Shown: one piece after another, positions 15,682-20,000 of the stretch
How the letters are laid out: the number at the start of each line of letters is the position of its first letter
Numbering within the stretch: the first letter of the stretch is position 1
From: Armatimonadota bacterium
GTDB taxonomy: Bacteria; Armatimonadota; Fimbriimonadia; Fimbriimonadales; Fimbriimonadaceae
Assembly (NCBI GenBank): GCA_031400935.1
Contig: JANNQV010000039.1
Coordinates: 50,313 to 70,312, forward strand
Length of the DNA stretch: 20,000 nucleotides
Direction of reading: 5' to 3'
Made by a program: the position numbers and the translations under genes
Notes under the pieces: model-generated
Databases searched by the model: none
Seen by the model: the letters and a program-made list of their open reading frames with translations, nothing else
Told to the model about the DNA's origin: nothing

Positions 15682-17124
15682 ATGACCGGAGCGGAACTTG
15701 CAAAAGCAATGGAGCGTTTGCTAGGTTCCGAAAAGGTCCAAAGCTCTGTTGCGGCAAAACGCGCATACGACTGCGACGCTTACTCTATTGAAAGATCTGA
15801 ACCGTCAGTTATCGTTCTTCCCGAATCCACCGAAGATGTTCAAAAGATCGTCAAATGGTGCAACGCCAACAACGTGCCGTACACTCCTCGCGGTGCTGGC
15901 ACAGGCTTAAGCGGCGGAGCACTCGCCGCAAAGCAAGGCGTTCTAGTTTCGACTAAGAAACTTACAAAAATTATCGAAATTGACGTTGAAAACCGTTGCA
16001 TAAAGGCGCAGGCGGGAATCACCAACAAGAAGATTTCGGACCCTGTCGCCAAACACGGACTTCACTTCGCGCCTGACCCATCTAGCCAAACAGTGTCCAC
16101 CTTAGGAGGCAATATCGCCGAGAATTCAGGCGGCCCTCATACCCTGAAATATGGCGTAACGGTTCAGCACGTTTTGGGTGTGACGATGGTTGCGCCAGAC
16201 GGAGAAATCGTAGAATTTGGCGGAAAAGTTGCAGGTGCGCCGGGATACGATTTCTTAAGCGTTATCGTCGGATCAGAAGGCACGTTGGGAATTGTGACTG
16301 AGGCTTGGGTGAAGCTAACACCGCTGCCAAAGGCCGTGAAAACCGCACTGGTTGCCTTTCGATCTGTGCGCGATGCCTCCGAAGCCGTTTCAGCAATTAT
16401 CGCCGCAGGCATATTGCCCGCAGCTTTGGAATTCATGGATTCCGGAATTTTGAAGGCACTGAATGCTGCTTTTGGATTGGAGTACCCCGAAGGAACGAAT
16501 TCGCTTTTGCTTGTTGAATGCGACTCTGATTCTGAAACTGAGGCCGTTCAGATTGTCGAAGCGGAAATGGCAAAAGTCGCCACGATTTGCAAGCGAAATG
16601 ACTCAATCGAAGTTCGAACTGCAAAGGATGATATGGAGAGGCAATCGTTTTGGATAGCAAGAAAGAAAGGAATTGGTGCGATGGGGCGACTAGCTCCGAC
16701 AATCGTGACCCATGATGGCGTGATCCCTCGCTCGAAGCTCCCCGAAATGCTCGAGTTGGTTTACGGTGTAGCTGAGCGGAATCAAATTGGAGTTGCCAAT
16801 TTGTTTCATGCCGGAGACGGGAACTTGCACCCATGCTTCTATTTCGACGACCGCGACCCAAAGCAAATTGAGGCTGTAATCCGGGCTGGTGAGGAGATCA
16901 TGAAACGGTGTATCGAGCTTGGCGGAAGCATCACAGGCGAACACGGAATTGGGGTTGAAAAGCTCGACTTGATGAAGCTTCAATTCTCTGAGAACGACCT
17001 TATTGCTCAAGCTATGACGAAACAGATTTTCAATTCTGGGGAGCTTTGCAATCCTTGCAAGGTTATTCCCGACCAGAAAGGATGCGTTGAGCACCAGCGA
17101 AGATGGCGCGGGGCGGCATGGTGA
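15682..17124 (+). CDS. glcD: Glycolate oxidase subunit GlcD-like FAD-linked oxidase
   Basis: PRGAGTGLSGG, APDPSSQ, GGNIAENSGGPHTLKYG, GSEGTLG, FHAGDGNLHP and GEHGIG. Confidence 0.9.
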   Translation: MTGAELAKAMERLLGSEKVQSSVAAKRAYDCDAYSIERSEPSVIVLPESTEDVQKIVKWCNANNVPYTPRGAGTGLSGGALAAKQGVLVSTKKLTKIIEIDVENRCIKAQAGITNKKISDPVAKHGLHFAPDPSSQTVSTLGGNIAENSGGPHTLKYGVTVQHVLGVTMVAPDGEIVEFGGKVAGAPGYDFLSVIVGSEGTLGIVTEAWVKLTPLPKAVKTALVAFRSVRDASEAVSAIIAAGILPAALEFMDSGILKALNAAFGLEYPEGTNSLLLVECDSDSETEAVQIVEAEMAKVATICKRNDSIEVRTAKDDMERQSFWIARKKGIGAMGRLAPTIVTHDGVIPRSKLPEMLELVYGVAERNQIGVANLFHAGDGNLHPCFYFDDRDPKQIEAVIRAGEEIMKRCIELGGSITGEHGIGVEKLDLMKLQFSENDLIAQAMTKQIFNSGELCNPCKVIPDQKGCVEHQRRWRGAAW

Positions 17125-17984
17125 AATCACCACTTGCTTTTCGTCCTGAATCTACGCAAGAGCTTTCAGAGGTGCTTGGGTCAACTGCGTCCGCTCGAAT
17201 TTCGGGTCATTGGAATCTGACTAACAACTCCAAAGAAGCTGATTCTGAAATCGAATTGGATGGTCTATCAGGAATCATTGATTGCTCGCCCGACGACCAG
17301 GTTGTCAAACTCCGCTCTGGAACCACAATAGGCGAGCTTAACTCCGAATTGAGAGCGGGAGGTCAATCAATTCCAATCTTCAGATCCAAAGAGGGCCAAC
17401 CATGGGGCGCGTGGGATTCGCTGACAATCGCAGATTGCCTGGCCTGGAACCTTCCCCACGGACTCGAATTCCAGCATGGAACATGGAGAGACTGGGTTCT
17501 TGGGGCTACAATTGTCGCTGCTGACGGGATGATCTTCAAATCGGGTTCGAGCGTCGTAAAAAGCGTGGCAGGATACGATGTACATCGCCTAATGATCGGG
17601 GCGCGGCACACTCTAGGAGTCGTTGCTGAAGTCACATTGCGCACGGCTCCAATTTCAAGTCTCAGATCTTCCGAAATCGAAATCCAAAGGAGGCATGAAA
17701 ACAATGCACAAATCGCTTGGCGGATTCAGCGATGTCTTCGATCCGATTGGAATGCAATGAGAGATGGCCTGGCAGACTCAATTGTAGCCTTCGACCCATT
17801 CACTTGCACCGCCTTTTGCACGGTTGCATGCGCCCCACCACGGCGATTCGAGAGCGACTGGATATTGGAAGTGGGCCAATCCAATTCATTTCTGACTCCA
17901 GCATCGAGCGATTACATGAAACAAGCCAAGCAAGTTTTTGACCCGACCGGCAAACTCAATCCGGGCGAAATGGGGATATTTTGA
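17118..17984 (+). CDS. glcE: Glycolate oxidase FAD-binding subunit GlcE-like (short, divergent)
   Basis: RDWVLGAT, KSGSSVVKSVAGYDVHRLMIGARHTLG and C-terminal FDPTGKLNPG; lies between glcD and glcF. Start is ATG 17118 or GTG 17121. Confidence 0.8.
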   Translation: MVKSPLAFRPESTQELSEVLGSTASARISGHWNLTNNSKEADSEIELDGLSGIIDCSPDDQVVKLRSGTTIGELNSELRAGGQSIPIFRSKEGQPWGAWDSLTIADCLAWNLPHGLEFQHGTWRDWVLGATIVAADGMIFKSGSSVVKSVAGYDVHRLMIGARHTLGVVAEVTLRTAPISSLRSSEIEIQRRHENNAQIAWRIQRCLRSDWNAMRDGLADSIVAFDPFTCTAFCTVACAPPRRFESDWILEVGQSNSFLTPASSDYMKQAKQVFDPTGKLNPGEMGIF

Positions 17985-19171
17985 TGTCTAAGCAATCCCT
18001 TTCAGATCTAACTACTAAGTGCATCCGATGCGGATTCTGCCTCGAATCTTGTCCAACATTCGTGCTGTCGAGCAAGGAAACGGAATCTCCGCGTGGACGC
18101 ATATACCTCGCACGAACAGCCGAAGCCGGACAAATGCCTTGGGAGGAAATCGCCGAATCCATGGACTCTTGCCTGGGATGCAGAGCATGCGAAACTGCTT
18201 GCCCAAGCGGAGTCGAATACGGTTCGATTTTAGAATTGGCTAGAGAACAAATCGCTCAGACAAAGCCAAACCGTTGGCGGAAAAAGCTCATTGACACAAT
18301 CATAGAGCCTAAGAAACTGAAGGTTCAAATGGCGCTTTCGAACCTGATTCCTGGCAAGCGAGTTCCCGCAATACTGAGCAAGCTGCTGAGTGGGCAAAAT
18401 CCGGAAGCAGATCGCCCTACGGCTGAACCGTCGTTCGATTGGCCTGAACTCGTAGATGCAGAACTGCCACTCATTCAAGGCGAAGTTTGCCTGCTCGAAG
18501 GCTGTGCGATGCGAGTGCTCTTTCCGAATGTTCACTTGGCCACGAGGCGGCTATTGCGCCGAATGGGGTTTCAGGTCTTGGATTGGCATGGCGGATGCTG
18601 CGGGGCGCTTCATGCCCACAATGGGTTTCTTGAAGAAGGAAGGGCAATGGCGGCAAAACTTTCTTCATCCCTTCCAAATGGGGTTCCTTTGATTGTGAAT
18701 TCGGCGGGTTGCGGGAGTCATTTGAAGGATTCGGGTGTCGGGCAAACAAAAGATTTTTCGGAGTTTGTCAGCGAGAATGATCCTCCATCCCCAACCCCTT
18801 CCTCCCAACGAAGGAAGGGGTCCAGAATCGCATACCACGATGCCTGCCACCTTGCCCACGGACAAGGAATTCGAAGTCAGCCGCGGCAATTGTTGAAAGC
18901 AATTCCCGGAGTCGAACTTGTGCCGCTAATTGAAGCCGACATGTGCTGCGGATCAGCAGGAATTTACAACCTAACTCAGCCCAAAATGGCAAGAGAACTC
19001 TTAGAACGAAAATGGGCGAACATCGAAGCAACTGGCTGTGATGTTGTTGCGCTCGCGAATCCAGGATGCCATGCTTGGATCGCACAAGCCGCACGAGAGA
19101 AGCAGAGCCAAATTCGAGTCCGGCACATTGCTGAAGTGTTAGAATGTGCACTTAGTGGAATGGAACTTTGA
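17984..19171 (+). CDS. glcF: Glycolate oxidase iron-sulfur subunit GlcF-like
   Basis: Two CxxCxxCxxxCP motifs (CIRCGFCLESCP, CLGCRACETACP), ESPRGRI, and two CCG domains (CCGALH; YHDACHL...CCGSAG). TGATG overlap with glcE. Confidence 0.9.
   Translation: MSKQSLSDLTTKCIRCGFCLESCPTFVLSSKETESPRGRIYLARTAEAGQMPWEEIAESMDSCLGCRACETACPSGVEYGSILELAREQIAQTKPNRWRKKLIDTIIEPKKLKVQMALSNLIPGKRVPAILSKLLSGQNPEADRPTAEPSFDWPELVDAELPLIQGEVCLLEGCAMRVLFPNVHLATRRLLRRMGFQVLDWHGGCCGALHAHNGFLEEGRAMAAKLSSSLPNGVPLIVNSAGCGSHLKDSGVGQTKDFSEFVSENDPPSPTPSSQRRKGSRIAYHDACHLAHGQGIRSQPRQLLKAIPGVELVPLIEADMCCGSAGIYNLTQPKMARELLERKWANIEATGCDVVALANPGCHAWIAQAAREKQSQIRVRHIAEVLECALSGMEL
18782..18821. repeat. Intragenic palindromic element (pyrimidine tract plus 10-bp hairpin) within glcF
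   Basis: cctccatcccca-accccttcct-cccaacga-aggaaggggt, with a perfect 10-bp stem at 18794-18803/18812-18821; encodes PPSPTPSSQRRKG. Confidence 0.6.
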
Positions 19172-19237
19172 TTCGGCGAACGCAATTCAAATAGGAGTCG
19201 TACAATATCAGAGGAAGGAAGCGGCTTAGAGATTCAA

Positions 19238-20000
19238 ATGAGCGAAAAACCAAATCAGGCATTAGCAGACATCCAGAGCACGCCAGATCAGCGAAACATC
19301 GCAATTGACAAGGTCGGCGTTCGAAACGTGCAGTATCCCATCGTTGTACTCGACAGGGCCAACGAGCGGCAGCACACAATAGGCAATTTTACATTGACCG
19401 TGCACTTGCCGCACGAGTTCAAGGGAACGCACATGAGCCGCTTTTTAGAGGTCCTAGGTGAGCAGCACCGAGAGGTCAGCGTTCACGGAATTCCAACTTT
19501 GCTTCAATTATTGAAAGAAAGACTGAATTCCGAGGCCTCGCATTTGGAAGTCACCTTTCCTTTCTTCATTGAGAAAGCGGCACCTGTTTCTGGAAAGAGC
19601 GGAATGATGCCTTACACTTGCGGGTTTATTGCCGAATGCAACGGAGAAAAAGTTGATTTTGTCATGACCCTATCGGTTCCAGTAACAACGCTTTGCCCAT
19701 GCAGCAAGGAGATAGCAGATCGAGGTGCACACAATCAGCGAGGGATCGTAAGCGTAAAGCTTCGAACTAGCGATCATGTCTGGTTCGAAGAGGTGATCGA
19801 GATTATAGAAGGAGCTGCTTCTTGCGCTCTGTATCCCGTTCTTAAACGGCCAGACGAAAAATGGGTGACCGAAAAGGCATACGACAATCCGCGATTTGTT
19901 GAAGACATGGTTCGGGAAGTTGCCCTCAAGTTTGATGCAGATTCGAGGGTGACTTGGTACGAAATTGAAGTTGAAAACCAGGAGTCAATCCATGCGCACA
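19238..20000 (+). CDS. folE2: GTP cyclohydrolase IB FolE2 (3'-truncated by window edge)
   Basis: Not in the ORF track. Manual translation gives MSEKPNQALADIQSTPDQRNIAIDKVGV...KGTHMSRF...TTLCPCSKEI...GAHNQRG...LKRPDEK...NPRFVEDMVR...ENQESIHAH. A TACAAT box lies at 19201-19206. Confidence 0.95.
   Translation, partial: MSEKPNQALADIQSTPDQRNIAIDKVGVRNVQYPIVVLDRANERQHTIGNFTLTVHLPHEFKGTHMSRFLEVLGEQHREVSVHGIPTLLQLLKERLNSEASHLEVTFPFFIEKAAPVSGKSGMMPYTCGFIAECNGEKVDFVMTLSVPVTTLCPCSKEIADRGAHNQRGIVSVKLRTSDHVWFEEVIEIIEGAASCALYPVLKRPDEKWVTEKAYDNPRFVEDMVREVALKFDADSRVTWYEIEVENQESIHAH

Noticed and set aside
19172..19237. Riboswitch or terminator upstream of folE2
   Set aside because: The region is only 66 nt, with no convincing stem-loop or conserved aptamer motif.

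Overview
This is a gene-dense bacterial chromosomal window of about 50% GC. The prepilin style ('GFTIAELL...AILFPVF'), the csaB/DUF5693 pair and gene starts with a -10 box close to the start codon suggest Armatimonadota (Fimbriimonadaceae-like); this taxonomy is an inference. The left third is a tightly coupled minus-strand envelope operon: rhomboid protease, DUF5693-like membrane protein, csaB pyruvyl transferase, then a large secreted beta-strand-rich protein. That last protein has SprA-like inserts, is missing from the ORF track and runs off the left edge. Upstream of the operon lie a REP-doublet hairpin and a 659-aa DxxGxDxY repeat protein. On the plus strand follow a secreted alpha/beta hydrolase with a beta-rich tail, a GNAT, a prepilin-like protein, a 1360-aa degenerate M28-like/FtsX fusion with no adjacent ATPase, rimO, glcDEF-like genes and a partial folE2. 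A palindromic repeat appears to be embedded in-frame in glcF. I saw no tRNA, rRNA, CRISPR array, transposase or prophage. All family calls come from motif recognition by eye, not from database searches.
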